This document shows, piece by piece, positions 49,925-58,559 of a DNA stretch of 64,000 nucleotides. The stretch comes from Syntrophales bacterium. GTDB taxonomy: Bacteria > Desulfobacterota > Syntrophia > Syntrophales > UBA2210. The DNA is taken from assembly GCA_036825195.1 (NCBI GenBank), contig DAISYQ010000004.1, positions 73,111 to 137,110 of the forward strand, in the 5' to 3' direction. Each line of letters opens with the position of its first letter. The first letter of the stretch is position 1. The position numbers and the translations under genes are program-made. Below the pieces are notes generated by a model. The model had not been told where the DNA came from. It saw only the letters and a list, made by a program, of their open reading frames with translations, and made no database searches.

Positions 49925-51736
49925 TCAATCGATCTGTGGACAAATATCCAACTCCACAAGTTTATTAATCGGAATACTTCCATCGCTATTCCAGCCCCTA
50001 ACAGTATAATATTCAGTAATCATTTTATTGAGTTCTACTACCTGACCTTTACTGGGTCCTTCTGGCATCGGCTCTGTCAACATCCTCTTTGGTAGAGAAT
50101 CATCTGCACTGGTAAGGCCTGCTTTTTGATTGAATAATCGCTCTACATTCCATATCCTTTCTCCAGCCTTCATCAAACTTTTCGCATCGTATCCCGCACC
50201 GGTTGCAGCCTCAATAATCGGAAGCATATTTTCAACTTTCACAACACCGCGGATAAGACAACAAACACCACAGGAGTCCAGTACAGTGAGATAATCCTGC
50301 CCCCCCATGAGTAGAGCCGCTCTGTCTTTATAATCAAAACGGTCCACCATTTCCTGACCAAATGTTCGACCGCGCATATGGCAGGCGCCCCGATTGGAAG
50401 TGGCGTAGCCAAGCCCTTTTTCTTTAAGACCACGAGGGTCATAGCCTGACATTTCCATTTTCTTGCTGGTCATGGCAAGCTCTGGATGTCCATACTTTTC
50501 CGCCAGGCGATATGATCCTTCGGCAAGAACATCACCAAAGCCCTTTCTCTCACCAATCATATCGATTAGTTTTATCATAGCTTCGCCATCACCGAAATTA
50601 AGCGAAAAACCAATGTCTTCATATGGCAGAAAACCCCTTTCATACAACTCCATCGCACAGGCTATAGTTCCTCCGGTAGACATTGTGTCCAAGCCCAATT
50701 CGTTACACCGGTAGCCGGCTCTGGTTATCATCAGAGGGTCTCCTATACCGCAATTTGGTCCAAGTAGAGCTATAGTTTCGTACTCAGGGCCTTCTCCCTT
50801 TAGAATCTCTCCTTCATTTTCTACCTGTGTTACCCGTCCGCATGCCAGCGGGCAAGACAGACACGCTTTTCTCCCTGTAAGAACCGATTGTTGTATTGCT
50901 GTGGCATTTATCCTTTCCGCTTCTTCGAAAACGCCTGTTTGGAAGTTTCTGGTGGGTATTATGCCTGCCGCACTGACTGGATCAACAAGAAACGGAGTGC
51001 CCTTGTCTGACAAAACTTTCATGTTGTCTGAAGCTAGGAGCATATCTCTTACTCGTTTTACACTTTCCTTAAACATTGTCTCATCGGACAAGGGAATCTT
51101 TTTTGTTCCACATGTGACAATTGCCTTTAAATTCTTGGAGCCCATTACGGCTCCAATTCCACCACGGGCCGCAGCCCGATATTTATCGTTCATCACAGCG
51201 GCATACAGAACCTTTTTCTCACCAGCTATTCCAATACAGGCAATAGAACTTTTCTTTGCCATACGAGCATCCATGAACTCACTGCGGAGTATATCGTCGG
51301 TTTCTGTGACGTTCTTACCCCACAAATGAGTAGCTGGCTTCAGATGAGCCCCTGAGTCCGTAATGGACAAGTAAACCGGTTCTGCAGCACGGCCCTCAAT
51401 AACAACGAGATCATACCCTGTGGACTTTAGTCTGGTTCCAAATTTGCCGCCGGAATTACAGAAAATGATACCACCAGTGAGTGGGGATTTCGTTACCACC
51501 ATATACCGACCACTTGCGGGCGCTCCTGTACCGGTGAGGGGGCCGGTGGCAAAGATCAGTTTGTTTTCAGGGTTGAAGGGATGCGTAGAGGGAGACATTT
51601 CCTCTAATAGCAGTTTTGCTGCCAATCCGCGCCCTCCTATATATTGTTTCAGAATCGAAATATCCAACTCCTGATCAGAACATTCACCACTGTTCAAGTC
51701 GACTCGAAGCATTTTCCCGAACCATCCGTACATCAT
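49925..51736 (-). CDS. Aldehyde:ferredoxin oxidoreductase (tungstopterin AOR family)
   Basis: 603 aa. The start MMYGWFGKMLRVDLNSGE is the AOR signature, and both length and domain order fit AOR. Confidence 0.9.
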   Translation of the reverse strand: MMYGWFGKMLRVDLNSGECSDQELDISILKQYIGGRGLAAKLLLEEMSPSTHPFNPENKLIFATGPLTGTGAPASGRYMVVTKSPLTGGIIFCNSGGKFGTRLKSTGYDLVVIEGRAAEPVYLSITDSGAHLKPATHLWGKNVTETDDILRSEFMDARMAKKSSIACIGIAGEKKVLYAAVMNDKYRAAARGGIGAVMGSKNLKAIVTCGTKKIPLSDETMFKESVKRVRDMLLASDNMKVLSDKGTPFLVDPVSAAGIIPTRNFQTGVFEEAERINATAIQQSVLTGRKACLSCPLACGRVTQVENEGEILKGEGPEYETIALLGPNCGIGDPLMITRAGYRCNELGLDTMSTGGTIACAMELYERGFLPYEDIGFSLNFGDGEAMIKLIDMIGERKGFGDVLAEGSYRLAEKYGHPELAMTSKKMEMSGYDPRGLKEKGLGYATSNRGACHMRGRTFGQEMVDRFDYKDRAALLMGGQDYLTVLDSCGVCCLIRGVVKVENMLPIIEAATGAGYDAKSLMKAGERIWNVERLFNQKAGLTSADDSLPKRMLTEPMPEGPSKGQVVELNKMITEYYTVRGWNSDGSIPINKLVELDICPQID

Positions 51737-51781
51737 ATTTCTATGCCTCCTCGGAATATTTCCTTTTACTCATATCCAGAA

Positions 51782-53077
51782 TCAGGGTAGGACCAGTCCC
51801 AGAGATCTCGGTATAATGAGACTAAGCTCTGGGAAAAAGATAGTAAGGTAGAAAACCAATGCTATACACAATACAAAAGGCAGAATGCTTTTGGTTATCG
51901 CTGCCGCAGGGATGTTTCCAACGGCACTGGCAATAAATATGCTTTCCGCCATGGGGGGAGTATTTTGGCCAACCATAATGCCAACAACGAGAACAACACC
52001 GAAGTGTATAGGGGATATGCCGAGTGCCATGACAGAAGCATAGAAAAGCGGAACACACACAAATAGCATGAGAATACACTCCATAAATGTACCCAAAATA
52101 ATGATTACTATACTTGCCAGTAATAAGAATGCTAACGGACTAAGCGATGCGGTCATAACCAAATTGAGAATCTTCTGTGGAAATTCCGCCAGTACAAACA
52201 TCCGTCCCAGCAAAATCCCACCGGCGACCATAATCATAACCGAACCTATGGTATTTGCAGCTCTCTTGGTAGCATTCCAAAAAGTTTGCCAGTTGAGTCC
52301 ACGATAGAAAAAAACCCCAATAATCAAGGAATAGACACAGGCTACACTTGCTGCCTCGGTAGGTGTGGCGATTCCAGCATATATGCTTCCCAGTACAATG
52401 ACCGGCATTATGAGAGCAGGAACAGAGCGCTTTATTATATCACGCCTTTCATGGGGGGAAATTTCGGCAGATAAGATGTATCCTTTCCTTTTACCAATAA
52501 TGTATGCACATACAACCATTATCCCAACGGTTAGTATACCGGGAAGCATACCCGCGGCAAATAACGTTGCCACGTTCTGTTCGACTAGAGCGCCATAAAT
52601 GATAAAAAACATGCTGGGAGGAATAATATTACCCAATGTTCCCGAAACGGATACTACGGAACCAGCAAAGCCTTCGTCATAGTTCTCTTCGAGCATTTGA
52701 GGTATCATAATGATTCCAATAGTAGCGATAGATGCGGCAGCAGAGCCACAAATAGCAGCAAAAAAACCTGCCGCTACAACCGTGGCGATACCTAACCCAC
52801 CGGGTATTCTGCCAAAGGTCACCTTCATGACATCAAAAAGCGCTTTGGCAGCACCTCCTTCCAGAAAAATTTCACCCATATATACAAACAGAGGCAAGGC
52901 CAGCATAGTGAAACTGCTGATACCTTGAACAACCATGTGTGCACATGTATGAGGTGGCATGCCAAAAGCGAACTGGGTCAAGAATGCACTGCCGATCCCC
53001 AATGCCACAAAAATAGGGGATCCTGTCAGAAACAATGCAAATGTGATCACAACACCAATCAAAAGTATCCAATCCAC
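51782..53077 (-). CDS. TRAP transporter large permease (DctM family)
   Basis: 431 aa, polytopic. DctM-like N-terminus, and directly follows a DctQ-like gene. Confidence 0.9.
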   Translation of the reverse strand: MDWILLIGVVITFALFLTGSPIFVALGIGSAFLTQFAFGMPPHTCAHMVVQGISSFTMLALPLFVYMGEIFLEGGAAKALFDVMKVTFGRIPGGLGIATVVAAGFFAAICGSAAASIATIGIIMIPQMLEENYDEGFAGSVVSVSGTLGNIIPPSMFFIIYGALVEQNVATLFAAGMLPGILTVGIMVVCAYIIGKRKGYILSAEISPHERRDIIKRSVPALIMPVIVLGSIYAGIATPTEAASVACVYSLIIGVFFYRGLNWQTFWNATKRAANTIGSVMIMVAGGILLGRMFVLAEFPQKILNLVMTASLSPLAFLLLASIVIIILGTFMECILMLFVCVPLFYASVMALGISPIHFGVVLVVGIMVGQNTPPMAESIFIASAVGNIPAAAITKSILPFVLCIALVFYLTIFFPELSLIIPRSLGLVLP

Positions 53078-53079
53078 AA

Positions 53080-53604
53080 CTAGCTCTCCCTTCCTTTTGA
53101 TATTTCTTTAATTGAACTGATCAACCCCCTTACGGAGTAGAACAAGAGTACGAACAACCCAATCGGGAAGGCAAGATGCCATATCCAGTAAAATGGAACA
53201 TAATCAAGGGTTGAGTGGTAGCCAACCCTGTAATAAACGATTGTATCGAGTATGCCGAGATACAAATAAACTACCGAAAACAATACTATCGTCGTGTTTA
53301 TATAAATATTGACTATACCCTTTGAACGCCACATCCGTTTGCTTTCGAGATAATCAGGAAGAAGAGCGATACTTATATGCCTTTTCTCTTTTAAAACTTT
53401 CCCCATCATAAGAAATACCATCCAGACAAACAGAAAAATGCTGTACTCAGATATCTGGCTGAAGCTTTTTCCGAAGACATAACGACTGATCACTTCAACA
53501 AAAACTAGCCCGGTAACAACTAAAATGAAAACACTTGATACAACTGTAGTGAGGGTATCGAATATGTTATCCAGTATGTTATTCGCTTTTTTTATAACCG
53601 ACAT
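53080..53604 (-). CDS. TRAP transporter small permease (DctQ family)
   Basis: 174 aa with four TM segments. Its stop is 2 nt upstream of the dctM-like start. Confidence 0.8.
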   Translation of the reverse strand: MSVIKKANNILDNIFDTLTTVVSSVFILVVTGLVFVEVISRYVFGKSFSQISEYSIFLFVWMVFLMMGKVLKEKRHISIALLPDYLESKRMWRSKGIVNIYINTTIVLFSVVYLYLGILDTIVYYRVGYHSTLDYVPFYWIWHLAFPIGLFVLLFYSVRGLISSIKEISKGRES

Positions 53605-54083
53605 CTATTCTTACCTCCGAGATTTACTTGCACCGATGCTAATACTTCCGATACAATCCTTGGCGACAGTAAACAAGATCTGTATAATATCCAGCGATTG
53701 AACTTCTTACACGTGTCAACACCACAGAATGCGTAATTTGAATCTCCGGATACTTACCACTTCATCTATCGAATGAGTTACTTCCATTGAACCCTAACTA
53801 CGGAAACGAAATGGGCACGAAGATAAAATAAACTGTTTCTTCTAGTCACTCGGCACATAGGAATGAAGGATACGGCGACGATATGGCATGACCCAGATAA
53901 CGAACATTTCCGTTTGAGAACAACCATCTTGGGGTAATCGCAATTCGATACCATATCGCCGCCTCAATAGACTCCCACACCTATAAAACCTCGTTTTTCG
54001 GGTTTTTGTTTAGTGTATTAACCGTATCCATTTACCACTATTCATATGGCAACCCATCACGACGGTGCAGCAAGGCACCTTCA

Positions 54084-55232
54084 TCAAGGCCTATACTGTT
54101 TAGCCTGCTCAAAAATAGCCTTTCCATTGAATTTTTCTGCTATTTTGGGCAGCACCTCTTTTTGTAGTATATTCTCCCATACTTGTGTTTGTTCTTTGGT
54201 AAGACGAGTAACTGTATTTTTGGGGATACTTTCGTATTCTTTTAATAGCTTATCGGAAGCAGCCTGCACGGTATCCTGATTGTGGCGGGCAGCATTCGGT
54301 ATTTCAGCCGTGATCGCATCTCTTACCTCCTGAGGGAGATCGTCCCACCATTGAACATTAACAAGAAATCCTACGAACATGTTGGTAAAGGCCCATCCGC
54401 CATAGGGAATAGTCAAATAAGGACACGTTTCTTTTGCTGACCAAGCTGTTATGCCTGTTGCTGGTGTGATAAGACCCCCATCTACAACACCCTGACTCAG
54501 AGCGGCCAATACTTCGGCAGTCTGCAATACGACCGGGCTAGCGCCAAATGCCTTAATGGCCTCCGTCTGGATGTAGGAAGGAGCCGACCTGAGTTTCAAT
54601 CCCTTCCAATCTTGGGGAGTAACAAGAGGCCGCTTGGTATTCCAAGGAATATCTCCATAGGGAATATCAAACGCCCAGTACAAAATCTTTGCCCCTGTCT
54701 TTTTAGCAAGGTCTTCATTCATCTGTTTGTAAATTGGTGACTTGGTAAATTCCTGCATTCCGGCCCAACCGTTTATAACGCCTGGAGCAGTAAGACAATT
54801 CCAGCGGCCATCGTACGCGGCAAGGTGGTTGATATTGAAATAACCGAACTGAATCATACCCGACATACAACCCTGAACTTCTTCCGCACCGGTTGCAAAC
54901 ATTGTAGCTGATGGATAAACTGTTACCTGGACCCTGCCGCCGGTTGCTTTTTCAATGTGCTCCTTTAGAATGACCGGCTGTTTACCAAAGATACTGTCTG
55001 GAGCAAAACAGTGCGTTACCTTGGCTTTTATTACACCTTTTGAGGCGTCCGCCTGAGAACATACTGAGAATACAAAAAAGATTGATACTATCAAAAATAA
55101 AGGAACAAGAAAGCCCCCCCTACCCATCCCTCGTCTGAGGCTAGAGTTGGTTCTGAGCCAGCTTCGGAGAATCAGAGCATGAGACATACTCAACAATCTT
55201 AATGATTTTTTAGTGAATGTACACATTTCCAT
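54084..55232 (-). CDS. TRAP transporter substrate-binding protein (DctP family)
   Basis: 382-aa ORF. The ATG at 55232 has GGAGG 6 nt upstream. A long basic N-region precedes a hydrophobic signal (..FLVPLFLIVSIFFVFSVCSQADA). The mature part is DctP-like, but the start is uncertain. Confidence 0.8.
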   Translation of the reverse strand: MEMCTFTKKSLRLLSMSHALILRSWLRTNSSLRRGMGRGGFLVPLFLIVSIFFVFSVCSQADASKGVIKAKVTHCFAPDSIFGKQPVILKEHIEKATGGRVQVTVYPSATMFATGAEEVQGCMSGMIQFGYFNINHLAAYDGRWNCLTAPGVINGWAGMQEFTKSPIYKQMNEDLAKKTGAKILYWAFDIPYGDIPWNTKRPLVTPQDWKGLKLRSAPSYIQTEAIKAFGASPVVLQTAEVLAALSQGVVDGGLITPATGITAWSAKETCPYLTIPYGGWAFTNMFVGFLVNVQWWDDLPQEVRDAITAEIPNAARHNQDTVQAASDKLLKEYESIPKNTVTRLTKEQTQVWENILQKEVLPKIAEKFNGKAIFEQAKQYRP

Positions 55233-55956
55233 TTTGAGCCTCCATTTTTTGTGTTAATTTTAGTACTTTCGATATAACAAACTTACGCGAATTCTTTTAC
55301 GCATCACCTCCCCCAATCGCAGCCCCTCTTTAATACCTCATACACAAATATTTTTTCAGCATTCCGGAAGCGCCATTTCCGTGGGCACTCTCTGTTGTAC
55401 CTCCACGCCCACTTCATTCCTTTAAGTAAGCATTCATCAACCACGTCGTATAACGAACACTTGTTATCATTACGAACGATCGTTATTAATTCATAAATCC
55501 CCCCCCTTGTCAAGAAAATATTTGAGATTCATTTTTAATGAATACTCAAAATAGTTTTATTATGTTTTTTTATTAGTGAAGTGAATTGAACGATAACATA
55601 CGACGGGAAAGTAAATCCTAGTTGGCATACAGAGAAATATCCCTATATAATTGTATAGTTCTGCAGTAATAGGGGCAAGAATATCGGAAGTACATAGAAC
55701 ATCACGCCTCTATAAAATCATACCTATCTAACAATACCGAGCAGTGCTTTCCCCTAGTTAGTTCAATGGCAAAGCCAAGAAGCTCATCACAATCATTATA
55801 AATATGTGACATAAGAAGACGCGATTCTGTCCTTTTGTGCACAGAAAAAAGGAGCTCATTCATTTTAGCAACTACTTCCAACATCCTAAAAAAATTAACG
55901 GGAGGCTTACTCGAGAAGAGAAATTCTTGAACATTTTTATCCTGATAATTATGCCC

Positions 55957-56213
55957 GTCTGTAATCTCTTTGTCTTTTCTTCGTATTGTTCACCCCTTGT
56001 TTTCTCTCACAATCTCAGCCTCCTCCATATATACCAGACAAGGAAAAACGACATGGCGGCTACCGATACTATCCGCAGCAGAGTAATCAGTCCCTCGTCT
56101 TGTATCCCGGAATTACCAATCTGATCATTTACACCTTCATTGTCCACTTCATACTCACCGGCCGGATGTTGCCTCTCCGATGCCGCACAGGCAATATTCT
56201 GGACATTCCAGCC
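55957..56213. repeat. Direct repeat copy 2 (pairs with 38023..38279)
   Basis: See copy 1. It covers the 3' two-thirds of the small exported protein gene, the 20-nt spacer, and the first ~10 codons of a PNPOx-like gene whose ATG is ATA here (55984-55986). Confidence 0.85.
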
Positions 56214-56336
56214 CCAAATTATTTTTTTAGATACTTTCGGCCCTTCTGCACCGAAATGAACGTTACCCATCCCGTATGAATAAAGGAAAATTAATACAAG
56301 GACTGTACACGCTATGATTTTGCCATGTGTTTTCAT
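56007..56336 (-). CDS. Small exported protein with C-terminal TM helix and basic tail (function unknown)
   Basis: 109 aa. GAGG RBS 8 nt upstream. Signal peptide MKTHGKIIACTVLVLIFLYSYGMG. The C-terminus is ..GIQDEGLITLLRIVSVAAMSFFLVWYIWRRLRL. Confidence 0.55.
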   Translation of the reverse strand: MKTHGKIIACTVLVLIFLYSYGMGNVHFGAEGPKVSKKIIWGWNVQNIACAASERQHPAGEYEVDNEGVNDQIGNSGIQDEGLITLLRIVSVAAMSFFLVWYIWRRLRL

Positions 56337-56740
56337 TAGGATTACCTCAACAAGATATTATTTCACGGGAACCGAGTGACCGTCACTCAACTCCTATCCC
56401 CAGAGGCCATCGATGCCAGACATGAACGATTACCTATTTCTCAGAACCAATCCGTCTTCAATATTCATCTATGCATAATGGAAGCTTCAGTGCAACTTCT
56501 GATTTACGATTTCTCACACTCGGATTGATGGTTACAAGGTTCGTGAGATGACGAAGGGTTACAACATGGAGAGTCATCTCACCACCAGTGCAACTATGGG
56601 GAAGGTATATATCGAAGATCCTTCCTTTATGTATTGCGAGGGGTTTAAATCAATACCGCGAGCGGCAGTATTGGTGGCGATTCCCTCGAACGTACGCAGG
56701 GAATCGCCACGTATTTCAGATATTCGATTACAGTTTCCTG

Positions 56741-58096
56741 TTACACAATACCCTGGGCCATCATCGCTTCTGCTACCTTGATAAAGCCGGCTATGTTAGC
56801 ACCATTGACGTAATTGCCCGGTGTGCCGTACTCTTCCGCAGCTTCGATACAGGCCGTATGGATACTTTTCATGATCCTCTTCAGATAGGTATCCACTTCC
56901 TCACGGTCCCAGCTTAAACGCATACTGTTCTGGGCCATCTCAAGACCGGAAACCGAAACTCCTCCGGCATTCGCCGCTTTTCCCGGCGCATACAGTATGC
57001 CGGCATCTACAAAGGTCTCTATCCCTTCCGGTACCGTCGGCATATTCGCACCCTCACTGACCAGGTGTACTTTATTCGCTATCAGATTCTTTGCGTCTTT
57101 CGCATTGATTTCATTCTGTGTCGCGCAGGGGAATGCACAATCCGCCTCGTGATTCCAGAGAGGATTGTAACCAAGAGAAGAATCGACAGGCGTATATACC
57201 GCTTCGGGATATTCGTCGGCATATTCCGCGATACGACCACGTTTGAAATTCTTGAGTCTCATGACAAAATCCAGCTTGTCGCGGTCTATACCTTCCTCAT
57301 CGTATATATATCCCGATGAATCCGATAAGGTTACCACCTTGCCTCCCAGCTCAAGGATCTTCTCTACGGCGAACTGTGCCACGTTGCCGGAACCGGATAC
57401 CAAGCAGGTCTTCCCGGCAAGTGTCTCGTTGCGGGTAGTAAGCATCTCCGCGGCAAAATATACCGCACCGTATCCCGTGGCCTCAGGACGGATCAGACTT
57501 CCGCCCCAGGTAAGGCCCTTTCCCGTCAAAACACCCGTAAACTCATTGCGTAGTTTTTTGTACATACCGAATAAGAAACCGATCTCCCTGGCGCCGACTC
57601 CGATATCCCCGGCCGGAACATCCGTGTCAGGACCAATGTGTCTGAATATCTCCGACATAAAGCTATGACAGAACCGCATCACTTCGGTGTCTGATTTCCC
57701 CTTGGGATTAAAATTAGATCCCCCTTTCGCCCCTCCCATGGGCAGGGTTGTCAGTGCATTTTTGAAGACCTGCTCAAACCCCAAAAACTTGAGAATACTC
57801 AGGTTGACCGACGGATGAAACCGAAATCCGCCCTTGTAGGGCCCTATTGCGCTGTTCATCTGAATCCGGTATCCTCTGTTGATCTGTACCTCACCCCTGT
57901 CATCTACCCAGGGCACACGAAACATGATAACCCGCTCAGGTTCCATCATACGCTCAAGAATCTTCGCCTTGCGATACTCCGGATGCTTTTCCAGAACCGG
58001 TTCCACCGACTCAACTACCTCTGTAACAGCCTGTAGAAATTCCGGTTCACCGGGATTGTTGATCTCACACATCTTCACGTAATCTGACACAGCCAA
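56741..58096 (-). CDS. gdhA: NADP-specific glutamate dehydrogenase
   Basis: 451 aa. Active-site motif LPMGGAKGGSNFNPKG, with a GdhA-like N-terminus and C-terminus. Confidence 0.95.
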   Translation of the reverse strand: MAVSDYVKMCEINNPGEPEFLQAVTEVVESVEPVLEKHPEYRKAKILERMMEPERVIMFRVPWVDDRGEVQINRGYRIQMNSAIGPYKGGFRFHPSVNLSILKFLGFEQVFKNALTTLPMGGAKGGSNFNPKGKSDTEVMRFCHSFMSEIFRHIGPDTDVPAGDIGVGAREIGFLFGMYKKLRNEFTGVLTGKGLTWGGSLIRPEATGYGAVYFAAEMLTTRNETLAGKTCLVSGSGNVAQFAVEKILELGGKVVTLSDSSGYIYDEEGIDRDKLDFVMRLKNFKRGRIAEYADEYPEAVYTPVDSSLGYNPLWNHEADCAFPCATQNEINAKDAKNLIANKVHLVSEGANMPTVPEGIETFVDAGILYAPGKAANAGGVSVSGLEMAQNSMRLSWDREEVDTYLKRIMKSIHTACIEAAEEYGTPGNYVNGANIAGFIKVAEAMMAQGIV

Positions 58097-58230
58097 TTAC
58101 CTCCTTCTTGTATTTTTTATCTTCTCGTATTGAGATATAGGGAGGAAGCTCCGTAATTCCATCCCGATAATCACAACATTTCCAAGATACCTTGACGCTG
58201 ATGACAACAGACAGTCAAACATCGTCCAAA

Positions 58231-58246
58231 GCAAAAGATGTGCCAA
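58231..58246 (-). promoter_or_regulatory. Sigma-54 (-24/-12) promoter upstream of gdhA
   Basis: The minus strand reads TTGGCACATCTTTTGCT. That is TGGCAC, 5 nt, then TTGC, an exact match to the consensus spacing. It lies about 135 nt upstream of the gdhA ATG. Confidence 0.6.
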
Positions 58247-58559
58247 GATGCGTAATCTAAATAGTATGAGCGATAACAAGATGTTACATCTCCCCTACAA
58301 ATAGTTATCTAGTAATGAGTCATATATAAATCAAAAAACACAAAACTAGCAATAGATATCGTCAACTACGATTCGATGCATCAAAGAATCGCTACCACAT
58401 ACACAACAAGTCAATGAGCACAGTTAGTTATGCACTTCATGAACCGTTACTGCATCATGTTGTATGCTACATTATGTTGCTTCATCTTATACATCAGGCG
58501 ATATAATCACATATTTCATATGCTTACCTTCAGTAATCTTATTTTCCCCTCTTTGTTAT

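Noticed and set aside
55304-55513. 69-aa minus-strand ORF (MTRGGIYELITIVRNDNK...) upstream of the TRAP genes, and the 60-aa ORF 55702..55884
   Set aside because: Neither has a recognisable domain or a convincing RBS. The second is contiguous with the decayed PNPOx-like start (ATA). They are left unannotated pending a homology search.
38023-56213. Calling the repeat-bracketed block a mobile element (ICE, prophage or transposon)
   Set aside because: There is no integrase, recombinase, transposase, conjugation or phage gene. There is no flanking tRNA, and there are no short terminal inverted repeats. I report it only as a compositionally distinct, repeat-bounded segment.
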